In this document: positions 7,806 to 15,121 of the stretch, piece by piece | Numbering within the stretch: the first letter of the stretch is position 1 | How the letters are laid out: every line of letters begins with the position of its first letter | Assembly: GCA_031459535.1 (NCBI GenBank) | Contig: JAVKIJ010000063.1 | Coordinates: 1 to 18,887, forward strand | DNA: 18,887 nucleotides | Reading direction: 5' to 3' | Source of the DNA: Candidatus Fervidifonticultor quintus | GTDB taxonomy: Bacteria; Sysuimicrobiota; Sysuimicrobiia; Sysuimicrobiales; Humicultoraceae | Made by a program: the position numbers and the translations under genes | Notes under the pieces: model-generated | What the model was told of the DNA's origin: nothing | Database searches by the model: none | The model's input: the letters and a program-made list of their open reading frames with translations, nothing else

Positions 7806-7834
7806 TTGTCGGTCCGGCCCGCACGGCCTAGAAT
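7806..7834 (+). promoter_or_regulatory. Putative sigma70-type promoter of the usp-dsbA-vkor block
   Basis: TTGTCG (7806-7811), 17-nt spacer, TAGAAT (7829-7834); strong RBS AGGAGGTGA at 7851-7859. Confidence 0.6.
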
Positions 7835-7863
7835 GAGGGCGCCACAGCAAAGGAGGTGAGCTC

Positions 7864-8319
7864 GTGCCACCACAGATCTCGACGATCCTGGTCCCGGTGG
7901 ACTTCTCGGCGGGATCCGAGGCCGCGGTGGAGTGGGCGCAAGCGCTGGCTACCGCGTTCGGCGCGCAGCTGGTGCTGTTGCACGTGATCGACACTTCGGC
8001 CAACGCCCTGATCGGCGGGCCCGGCGGCGTCCTGGCGCCTCCTCCGCCGGCGGCGCTCTATGACGAGCTGCGCGAGGAGGCCCGCACCGCCATGGCCGCG
8101 CTCGCTGCCCGCGTGCCGGGCGCCTCAGCCCTGATTCGCGAGGGATCACCCCGTCACGAGATCCTGGCGACTGCTGCTGGCGTGAAGGCCGATCTCATCG
8201 TGATGGGGACCCACGGTCGCACCGGGCTCGCGCACCTCCTCTTCGGCAGCGTGGCCGAACACATCGTACGTCACGCGCCGGTCCCGGTCTTCACCATTCG
8301 CCGTCGGGACGCCGTATGA
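7864..8319 (+). CDS. Universal stress protein (UspA family)
   Basis: ILVPVDFS, LLHV, DLIVMGTHGRTGLAHLLFGSVAEHIVRHAPVPV (ATP-binding G-2x-G-9x-GS motif); GTG start with strong RBS. Confidence 0.95.
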   Translation: MPPQISTILVPVDFSAGSEAAVEWAQALATAFGAQLVLLHVIDTSANALIGGPGGVLAPPPPAALYDELREEARTAMAALAARVPGASALIREGSPRHEILATAAGVKADLIVMGTHGRTGLAHLLFGSVAEHIVRHAPVPVFTIRRRDAV

Positions 8320-8990
8320 GCCCCTCGCCCAGGAAGCGGCAGATTCGCCCCAGAAGGGCCCCGGTCATCGCCGTGGTGCTGCTCGCTGCCGCCGCGGCTG
8401 CGGTGGCCGCCGTCGTCCACTTCACGACCGCGAAGCCTGCGCCGCCCGCCCTGGACGCCGCGCTGGCGCCCGCCGAGCCCGGCGGCAAGTCACGCGGCCG
8501 GCCCGATGCGCCCGTGGTCGTGGAGATCTTTTCGGATTTCCTGTGCATCCACTGTGCAGACTTCGCCAACAGCACCGAGCGGGCCCTGGTCGCAGAGTTC
8601 GTCGAACCCGGCGTCGTCAGGCTGATCTACAGGCAGTTCCCGGTGATCTCCCAGTTGTCCGTGAGCATCGCCGAAGCCAGCGAGTGCGCCGCAGACCAGA
8701 AGCGCTTCTGGGCGTTCCACGACGCTGTCTACGTCCGGGTCCAGCGCGGCGCCATGCGCCGGGCCGCCGACATCGACAGTGCCGCCCGCGAGGCCCGGTT
8801 GGACCTGGCGGCCCTGGCCACGTGCCGCCAGGGGGGCCGCATGCGGTCCCGCGTCGAAGCCGACTTCAACGACGGGGCGTCCCGCGGCGTCCAGGCCACC
8901 CCGACGTTCTTCATCAACGGCCGGCAGGTCGTGGGCAACCAGCCCCTCGACGTCTTCCGCGCTGAGATCAATGCCGCCCGGAAGCGCTGA
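8316..8990 (+). CDS. dsbA: Membrane-anchored DsbA/BdbD-like thiol-disulfide oxidoreductase
   Basis: N-terminal TM segment, GRPDAPVVVEIFSDFLCIHC (CxxC), GVQATPTFFING cis-Pro loop; ATGA overlap with usp. Confidence 0.88.
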   Translation: MSPSPRKRQIRPRRAPVIAVVLLAAAAAAVAAVVHFTTAKPAPPALDAALAPAEPGGKSRGRPDAPVVVEIFSDFLCIHCADFANSTERALVAEFVEPGVVRLIYRQFPVISQLSVSIAEASECAADQKRFWAFHDAVYVRVQRGAMRRAADIDSAAREARLDLAALATCRQGGRMRSRVEADFNDGASRGVQATPTFFINGRQVVGNQPLDVFRAEINAARKR

Positions 8991-9438
8991 GCGGGTCACC
9001 GCCGCCCGCCCAAGGGCCCTCTCGCGGCGGTGGGTCTGGCCGGCACTGGTCGGCGCGGCGCTGGTGGGCGTTGGCATCTGCGGCTATCTCACCGCGACGA
9101 CGCTGGCGGGGGCGGCGCCGGTCTGCGTGGCCGGCGACTGCGCCACGGTGGCATCGAGCCCGTACGCCAAGTTCCTCGGCGTCCCCACGGCGACGTGGGG
9201 ACTCGCGGCGTACGGGGCCATGGGCGCGCTGTCCGCGGCGGTGGCGTGGGGCCGGGCCGCCCCGCCGTGGCTTCCCCATGCAGTGCTGGGTCTGGCGATG
9301 TTCGGCGTGGTCTTCTCGGCGTACCTGCTGTGGGTTCAGCTCGCGGTGCTCCGCGCGGTCTGCTCGTGGTGCGCCGCCAGCGACGTGCTGTGGGTGATCC
9401 TGTTGGCTCTGGCTGGCGTCGGGGTGCTGGCCGAGTAG
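8971..9438 (+). CDS. Vitamin K epoxide reductase (VKOR) family protein, DsbB-equivalent
   Basis: TM protein with loop Cys pair VCVAGDCATV, SPYAKFLGVP and active-site CSWC. Start is uncertain (in-frame ATG 8971 overlaps the dsbA end). Confidence 0.88.
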   Translation: MPPGSAERVTAARPRALSRRWVWPALVGAALVGVGICGYLTATTLAGAAPVCVAGDCATVASSPYAKFLGVPTATWGLAAYGAMGALSAAVAWGRAAPPWLPHAVLGLAMFGVVFSAYLLWVQLAVLRAVCSWCAASDVLWVILLALAGVGVLAE

Positions 9439-9537
9439 CGCCGCAGCGCTGGGCAAAATCCGTTCCGTACCCGATGGCGCCCCAGACGGCGTCACCTACC
9501 CTGGAGGCGACGGGCACACCGTGGGGGTGAGTGGCCG

Positions 9538-10041
9538 GTGAGCGCAACCAAGGACTCCCTGACGCGGGACTACAAGCGCGAGCACGATCAGCTCGACGCA
9601 GGGCTGGCGGCGATGACCGAGACCATGGATCGCCTGCAGCGTCAGGTTGAGTCGTCTCAAATTGGGGCGCTCAGCCAGACCCGGCAGTTCCTGCAGCAGG
9701 TCTTCGTGCCCCATGCCGAGTGGGAGGAACTGACGTTCTATCCCGCGCTGGGGGAGCTGGTGCGCAAGCACGGCGATCCCAACGCGCCCATGTTCATCGA
9801 CCACCGGGAGATCATGGGGCGGGTCCAGGCGTTCGTGGCGCTGGCCAGCCGCATCGAGGCCGGCGAGCGCGATCCGGCCACAATCGACCGGGCGCGGATT
9901 CTCGCCTACCAGATTGCGGCCCTGGTGGAAGCGCACGAGCGCAAGGAGGAGGAGGTCTACCTGGCGCTCCTGGAGCGTCACCTCTCCGACCGCGAGGTGG
10001 TCCACGTCCTCACCGTGGGCGACCAGCTCGGCCACGACTAG
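9538..10041 (+). CDS. Hemerythrin-like (HHE) di-iron protein
   Basis: Ligand pattern EH...HAEWEE..FYP...DH...HERKEE. Confidence 0.88.
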   Translation: MSATKDSLTRDYKREHDQLDAGLAAMTETMDRLQRQVESSQIGALSQTRQFLQQVFVPHAEWEELTFYPALGELVRKHGDPNAPMFIDHREIMGRVQAFVALASRIEAGERDPATIDRARILAYQIAALVEAHERKEEEVYLALLERHLSDREVVHVLTVGDQLGHD

Positions 10042-10055
10042 GATGGATCACGCCG

Positions 10056-10772
10056 ATGCTGGTGCGCGACCGCATGTCCAGTCCGGCCATCGTGATCGAC
10101 GTCGACGCGTCCATCGCCGAGGCGCACACGCTCATGCGCCAGCACGATATTCGGCGGCTGCCGGTGCTCAAGCGCGGACGGCTGGCGGGTATCGTGACCT
10201 GGACCGACCTCATGCGTGCTGAACCGTCCCCTGCTTCCACGTTGAGCGCGTTTGAGGTGCCGTCGCTGCTCAGGTCGGCGCGGGTTGGCGAGATCATGAC
10301 CCCCGAGCCGATCACGATCGGACCCGATGCCCCCATCGAGGCTGCCGCGGTGATCATGCGGCGTGAGAAGATCGGGGGCCTCCCGGTGACCCAGGGTCAG
10401 ACCCTGCTGGGCGTGGTGACCGAGAGCGACATCTTCGAGGCGTTCATTGACCTCACCGGGCTGCGCAGGGGAGGGGCGCGGCTGGTGGTGGATCTGTCCG
10501 GACGGACGAACCCGATCGCGGGCATCGCGGCCATCGTCGAGGCCAGTGGGGTGGCCCTGACATCGCTGGCGACGTACCAGCAGGAAGGTCGCCAGCTAGC
10601 CGTGGTGCGAGTGGACGCGCCCTACCCGCTACACGTGGTGCAGGCGCTGAGCGACGGAGGCTTTGCGGTGCTGCACCTGGCGGCCGCGCCCGAGGCTGCG
10701 GACGACGCGCGAGGCAGCCGACGGCCGTACGAGGAGTACACGAAGGCCTGGGTCACGGAGCGGCAGCACTAG
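10056..10772 (+). CDS. CBS-pair plus ACT-like domain protein (AcuB-like)
   Basis: Start MLVRDRMS. Motifs IRRLPV..GRLAGIVT..DL and KIGGLPV...LLGVVTESDIFEAFIDLTG, then a C-terminal ACT-like alpha/beta domain. Confidence 0.85.
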   Translation: MLVRDRMSSPAIVIDVDASIAEAHTLMRQHDIRRLPVLKRGRLAGIVTWTDLMRAEPSPASTLSAFEVPSLLRSARVGEIMTPEPITIGPDAPIEAAAVIMRREKIGGLPVTQGQTLLGVVTESDIFEAFIDLTGLRRGGARLVVDLSGRTNPIAGIAAIVEASGVALTSLATYQQEGRQLAVVRVDAPYPLHVVQALSDGGFAVLHLAAAPEAADDARGSRRPYEEYTKAWVTERQH

Positions 10773-10792
10773 GCCGGGCCCACGACAACCAA

Positions 10793-10874
10793 TCCTGGCG
10801 ACGGTGGTGGCGCAGACCCTCCTCACCCCCCGTCGGACAACCGATGCGGAGACTGCGCCGTCGCCTCGCCAGGA
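10793..10874 (+). other. Long structured intergenic element (candidate ncRNA or 3'UTR structure)
   Basis: 10793-10801 pairs with 10866-10874, and 10803-10815 pairs with 10853-10865 (three G-U pairs). Inner hairpin at 10831-10846; CU-rich segment at 10817-10830. Confidence 0.45.
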
Positions 10875-10878
10875 AAGT

Positions 10879-10906
10879 CCAGCGACCGCCGCCCGGCGGT
10901 CGCTGG
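10879..10906. terminator. Hairpin between convergent genes, probable bidirectional terminator
   Basis: Perfect 12-bp stem CCAGCGACCGCC / GGCGGTCGCTGG, followed by TGTT on + and ACTTT on -. Confidence 0.6.
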
Positions 10907-10928
10907 TGTTCCTCGGGGTCGAGCAGGG

Positions 10929-11312
10929 TTAGCGTGATCGGGGCTGGAGCGGACAGAGGACGCCGGAGAAGGACCGGTTCCTGGCCCACGCCTCCCAGGC
11001 CTCGTCACCCAGTGCGGCCCGCATGGCGGCTGAGACCAATCGTTCCCCCGGCGCCGCATCGTGCGCGGTGAACAGCAGCAGCAGATGACAGGGGAACTCG
11101 GGACAGACCCCGCAGTGCTCCACCCCACGCTGCCGGGCGCAGGCGTAGACCGGGCAGATGTTGCGCAGCTCGACCTCCTCCTGCCGTGAGCACGACGGGA
11201 CGTGTTCCTCAAACCAGGCATCGCCCTCGAAGCGCGCGCCGCAGATGCCGGCGAACCGGCGACCGCCGAGTTCGCGCTCGGCGCGGCGGATGGCCTCCTC
11301 AGCGGTAGACAT
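10929..11312 (-). CDS. Cys-rich small protein, DUF3795-like
   Basis: Start MSTAEE after RBS AAGGGGGG; CPVYAC..RGVEHCGVCPEFPC motif; 8 Cys in total. Confidence 0.7.
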   Translation of the reverse strand: MSTAEEAIRRAERELGGRRFAGICGARFEGDAWFEEHVPSCSRQEEVELRNICPVYACARQRGVEHCGVCPEFPCHLLLLFTAHDAAPGERLVSAAMRAALGDEAWEAWARNRSFSGVLCPLQPRSR

Positions 11313-11418
11313 GCGAATCCCCCCTTGGTCACACCGTATGGCGGTCGCCGGCTGGTGTCCATCGAGTCCCGAGAGTATGTCCACGGTTGGGACGATGTGT
11401 CATACTGGCGATGCAACC

Positions 11419-11652
11419 ATGTGTCTCGCGGTACCGTACCGCCTGGTGGAGATCCGCGGCCCGGGGCGCGCGTTGGCCGAAGGGCCCGATGGCGTGCGCG
11501 AGATCTCCACGGAGCTGCTCGACGCGCCGGCCCCCGGCACGTATGTGCTCGTGGCCTACGGCGCCGCGGTCCGCGAGATCGACCCCGCCGATGCCGCACA
11601 GTTGCGCGGGCTCCTGGCGGCCATGCAGGCGGCGTCTGAGGATCTGCCCTGA
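11419..11652 (+). CDS. hypC: HypC/HybG/HupF-family hydrogenase chaperone, atypical (no conserved His)
   Basis: N-terminal MCLAVP and PGTYVLVAYGAAVREID; 77 aa; in hydrogenase context. Confidence 0.82.
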   Translation: MCLAVPYRLVEIRGPGRALAEGPDGVREISTELLDAPAPGTYVLVAYGAAVREIDPADAAQLRGLLAAMQAASEDLP

Positions 11653-11657
11653 GTACC

Positions 11658-11678
11658 GCCCGCGCCGCCGGCGCGGGC
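11658..11678 (+). other. GC hairpin downstream of hypC
   Basis: GCCCGCGCC (11658-11666) / GGCGCGGGC (11670-11678); no U-tract follows. Confidence 0.4.
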
Positions 11679-11793
11679 ACCGCCCCGGTCCTTCCCCCTA
11701 GGCGCTGACCCGGAGACCCACCTACGGCGGAATCCACTGTAGGACCGATGGTGGCTCGCAGGCCCAGACGGTATCGTGGCAATGGAGGACGCT

Positions 11794-12576
11794 GTGGCGC
11801 AGCAGCATCAGTCTCTTGTCGCCCCACCCGTAGATCGGACAGCGGTGCGCGATTCATCGCTGGACGGGATGCGCCTGTTTGCCCGGTTCGCGTTCCCACC
11901 TAATCGCCTGGGGTACTGCGGGGCCGACGTCAACACCGAGATCCTTGGCTACCTCCAATCCGGCACGGCCGACGAAGGGCTGCGGCGTCACCTGCGGACT
12001 TTTGCTGCGGCCTATCCGTACCTGGAGCTGATCGCCCGGTGCAATGGCATTGCCGATCCGTTCGACGTTCGGGTCGTGGAGGCGTACTGGATCGGGAACG
12101 CGTTGCTGGAGCGTGTGGACTGGGCCCGCTACGCTCGGGACCTGCACGAGCGGTTTCGAGGGCGTGCCTCGCCCGCGACCATGGAACTGTTGGTGGGCAA
12201 GCCGCCGGCCGGCGCGCGGGCCCACCACGCCTTCCACGTGTTCGACGTCTCCCGGCGCCTGGGGCTGCCGCACGGCGATCTGGCCCTGGATCTGTGCCGC
12301 ATCGCATGGGGGACGATCACCGCCGTCGAGCCCGGGGCCTTCGTGGTGTCCTACCGGCCCATCGTCATCCAGGCCGGCCGGCTCGCATTTGGCGATCCTC
12401 GGCCGGAGCGGGTGCTGCGGGCGCTGGAGGTGGATCCCGACCTGGACGGCGCCGCGCCCGGTGATGTGCTGGCTTTCCACTGGCGGTGGGCCGCCGTCCG
12501 CTTGCGGCCCGATCAGGTGGCCGCCCTGGAGCGGTATACGCGCGGCATGATGGCGCTGGCCAATCAGACGTTCTGA
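11794..12576 (+). CDS. DUF6390-like uncharacterised protein in the hydrogenase maturation cluster
   Basis: GTG 11794 after GGAGGA (alternative start 11776). Motifs PPNRLGYCG, YPYLELIA, VVEAYWIGN, HHAFHV, CRIAWG and FHW. Family name is from memory. Confidence 0.7.
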   Translation: MAQQHQSLVAPPVDRTAVRDSSLDGMRLFARFAFPPNRLGYCGADVNTEILGYLQSGTADEGLRRHLRTFAAAYPYLELIARCNGIADPFDVRVVEAYWIGNALLERVDWARYARDLHERFRGRASPATMELLVGKPPAGARAHHAFHVFDVSRRLGLPHGDLALDLCRIAWGTITAVEPGAFVVSYRPIVIQAGRLAFGDPRPERVLRALEVDPDLDGAAPGDVLAFHWRWAAVRLRPDQVAALERYTRGMMALANQTF

Positions 12577-12586
12577 ACGAACTGCG

Positions 12587-12832
12587 ATGCACGAGGTGGC
12601 GGTGGCGGAGGCACTGTTGCAGCAGGCGGCGGAGGCGGCCGAGCGCGCCGGGTTGACCGTGGTGCAGAACGTGGGAGTCTGCGTGGGCGAGCTCAGCGGC
12701 GTCGCCCCCCAGGCACTGGCGTTCGCATTCGAGATCCTGCGCAGTGGTCCCATGCTGGGAGGGGCGTCGCTCCAGATCCGCGCGACGGCCGGCGACGACC
12801 TGCACCTGGAGTGGGTCGAGGGGGAGTCGTGA
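12587..12832 (+). CDS. hypA: Hydrogenase nickel chaperone HypA, short form lacking the Zn-finger
   Basis: N-terminal MHE, VGELSGV...ALAFAF, GASLQI and C-terminal GDDLHLEWVE; only 81 aa, no CxxC. Confidence 0.85.
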   Translation: MHEVAVAEALLQQAAEAAERAGLTVVQNVGVCVGELSGVAPQALAFAFEILRSGPMLGGASLQIRATAGDDLHLEWVEGES

Positions 12833-13500
12833 TGCGAGTCGAGGTCCTCGAGCGCGTCCTGCGGGCCAATGACGCGCTGGCAGCGGAGGTCCGCGCCATG
12901 CTGGACCGGGCCGGAACCGTGGCGATCAACGTCATCGGGTCCCCCGGCAGTGGCAAGACCGCGCTGCTGGAGCAGACGGCGGCCATTCTGCATCCTCGGG
13001 TGCGGCTGGGTGTCATCGAGGGCGACATCGCCACCACCCGGGACGCCGAGCGTATCGCCCGGTGCGGTGTGCCGGCGGTGCAGATAGAGACCCGGCTGGT
13101 GGGCAACGCGTGCCATCTGGACGCCAACCTGGTTCGGTCGGCCTTGCAGCGGCTGCGGCTTCCAGAGATCCAGGTGCTGTTCGTGGAGAACGTCGGCAAC
13201 CTGGTCTGCCCGTCGGCGTACGATCTGGGAGAGCACTTGCGCGTGGTGGTGGCCAGCGTGCCCGAAGGCGATGACAAGCCGCGCAAGTACCCCGCCACCT
13301 TCGCACGGGCCTCGGCGGTGGTGCTGAACAAGGTGGACCTGTTGCCGGTGACGGACTTCTCACTGGCGGCGTTCACCGAGGGCCTGCGCGAGGTGGCAAC
13401 CGCGCCGCTCTTCCCGCTCTCGGCGCGCACGGGTGAGGGGCTGGGCACCTGGATCGCCTGGGTTGAGGCCCAGCGCGAGGTGATGCAGAGGGTGGGATGA
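12832..13500 (+). CDS. hypB: Hydrogenase nickel-insertion GTPase HypB
   Basis: TGATG overlap with hypA; GSPGSGKT, ACHLDA, ENVGNLVCP, EGDDKPRKYP, NKVD. Confidence 0.96.
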   Translation: MRVEVLERVLRANDALAAEVRAMLDRAGTVAINVIGSPGSGKTALLEQTAAILHPRVRLGVIEGDIATTRDAERIARCGVPAVQIETRLVGNACHLDANLVRSALQRLRLPEIQVLFVENVGNLVCPSAYDLGEHLRVVVASVPEGDDKPRKYPATFARASAVVLNKVDLLPVTDFSLAAFTEGLREVATAPLFPLSARTGEGLGTWIAWVEAQREVMQRVG

Positions 13501-13991
13501 GCATGACTGGCGAGACCGGAGGAAACGTGGTCCTCGACGCGCTGCGCACAAGCCCCCTGTTTGGATTCCTGGAGTCTGCGCACCTGGAGAAGCTCGTGGC
13601 CTTCGCCCGCGAGGTGTCCTGGCCGCCAGACCGGGTGATCTTCCGCGAGGGAGAACCGGATGACAAGCTCTATCTGGTGCTGGAAGGTCTGGTGGCCCTG
13701 GACATCTACGTGCCGGGCCGCGGCCGCGTCACGATTCTGACCATCGGCCCGCAGGAGGTCCTGGGGTGGTCGGCGGCGGTGCCGGAGGTGGAGAAGAAGA
13801 CCGCCAGCGCCCGCACCCTGCAGCCCACGCGCGCCATCGCCATAGACGCCTCAGCGCTCCATGCGGCCTGCGAGCAGGATCACGATCTCGGCTATCACGT
13901 CTACCGGACGCTGGCCAACGTGATTGCCAGCCGCCTGAAGGCCACGCGCCTGCAGCTGCTGGACGTGTACGGGGTCAGCGAGAGGACGTGA
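13497..13991 (+). CDS. Stand-alone cyclic-nucleotide-binding-fold (Crp effector-like) protein, no HTH
   Basis: IFREGEPDDKLYLVLEGLV, GPQEVLGWS, TASART; 164 aa; ATGA overlap with hypB. Confidence 0.88.
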   Translation: MSMTGETGGNVVLDALRTSPLFGFLESAHLEKLVAFAREVSWPPDRVIFREGEPDDKLYLVLEGLVALDIYVPGRGRVTILTIGPQEVLGWSAAVPEVEKKTASARTLQPTRAIAIDASALHAACEQDHDLGYHVYRTLANVIASRLKATRLQLLDVYGVSERT

Positions 13992-13999
13992 GGGAATCG

Positions 14000-15121
14000 A
14001 TGCCCGCCCGTACCCCGTCGCTGGGCGCCCACGTGGTCATCCCGAAGCCGGCGCTCCAGCATGTCTTCGATGCCCTGCGCGATGCCGGTTACACCGTGAT
14101 CGGTCCCACCGTGGCCCAGGGGGCCATTGTCTATGACAAGATCACCCAGGTAGCCGATCTGCCCATCGGATGGACCGACGAGCAGGGCCCCGGCACGTAC
14201 CGGTTGCGCCGCCAGGCCGATGGGCGGTACTTCGGGTTCGTGGTCGGTCCCCATTCGTGGAAGAAATACCTCTACCCGTCGCGGCTGAGACTCTTTTCGG
14301 TGCACCGCGACGGGGACGGATTTGCCGTGCAGGCCGATGGGGAGACTCCGCCCAAGTACGCGTTCATCGGCGTTCGGGGTTGCGAGATGGCCGCCATCGC
14401 AGTGCAGGATCGGGTCTTCCTGGAAGGCGCGGTCTGTGACCCGTACTACAAGGCTGCACGCCAGGTGGCATTCCTGCTGGCCGTCAACTGCGTCGAACCG
14501 CATGCCACGTGTTTCTGCGCCTCCATGAAGACCGGCCCGCGCTGCGCCTCCGGGTTCGACCTGGCCCTGACCGAACTGGCCGATGCGTTCGTGCTGGAGG
14601 TCGGCTCGGAGCTCGGCGCTCAGATGCTAGTCGGCGTCGACTGGCGGCCGGCGGGCGCCTTTGAGTTGAGCCACGCCCGGCGGCTGCTGGCCGAGGCCGA
14701 GACGAAGATGGGCCGAACCCTGGAGACCCGCGACCTCCCCGATCTCCTCTACGAGCGCCTCGAGCACTCCCGGTGGGCCGAGGTGGCGCTGCGGTGTCTG
14801 TCCTGCGCCAACTGCACCATGGTCTGCCCGACGTGCTTCTGCGCCGACGTGCACGAGGTCTCTGACCTCACCGGAGAGACCGCGGCCCGCGTGCGGGTGT
14901 GGGACTCGTGCTTTGATCGCGACTTCTCCCATGTCTTCGGCGGTAACCTGCGGCCCAACATCCGCGCCCGCTACCGTCAGTGGTTGACCCACAAGCTCGC
15001 GGCCTGGATCGATCAGTTCGGCGTCTCTGGCTGCGTGGGATGCGGCCGGTGCATCACGTGGTGCCCGGTTGGCATCGACCTGACCGAGGAAGTGGCCGCG
15101 ATTAGGGAGGAACCCGAATGA
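14000..15121 (+). CDS. hyhB: Group 3b hydrogenase (sulfhydrogenase) beta subunit, 4Fe-4S dicluster protein
   Basis: [44 protein letters not shown]. Start ATG 14000 (alternative GTG 13988). Confidence 0.92.
   Translation: MPARTPSLGAHVVIPKPALQHVFDALRDAGYTVIGPTVAQGAIVYDKITQVADLPIGWTDEQGPGTYRLRRQADGRYFGFVVGPHSWKKYLYPSRLRLFSVHRDGDGFAVQADGETPPKYAFIGVRGCEMAAIAVQDRVFLEGAVCDPYYKAARQVAFLLAVNCVEPHATCFCASMKTGPRCASGFDLALTELADAFVLEVGSELGAQMLVGVDWRPAGAFELSHARRLLAEAETKMGRTLETRDLPDLLYERLEHSRWAEVALRCLSCANCTMVCPTCFCADVHEVSDLTGETAARVRVWDSCFDRDFSHVFGGNLRPNIRARYRQWLTHKLAAWIDQFGVSGCVGCGRCITWCPVGIDLTEEVAAIREEPE

Noticed and set aside
11700-11790. Hairpin CCTACGGCGG/CCACTGTAGG in the leader of the DUF6390-like gene as a metal riboswitch
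   Set aside because: I could not match it to NiCo, Moco or cobalamin riboswitch consensus; a single imperfect hairpin is expected in GC-rich DNA.
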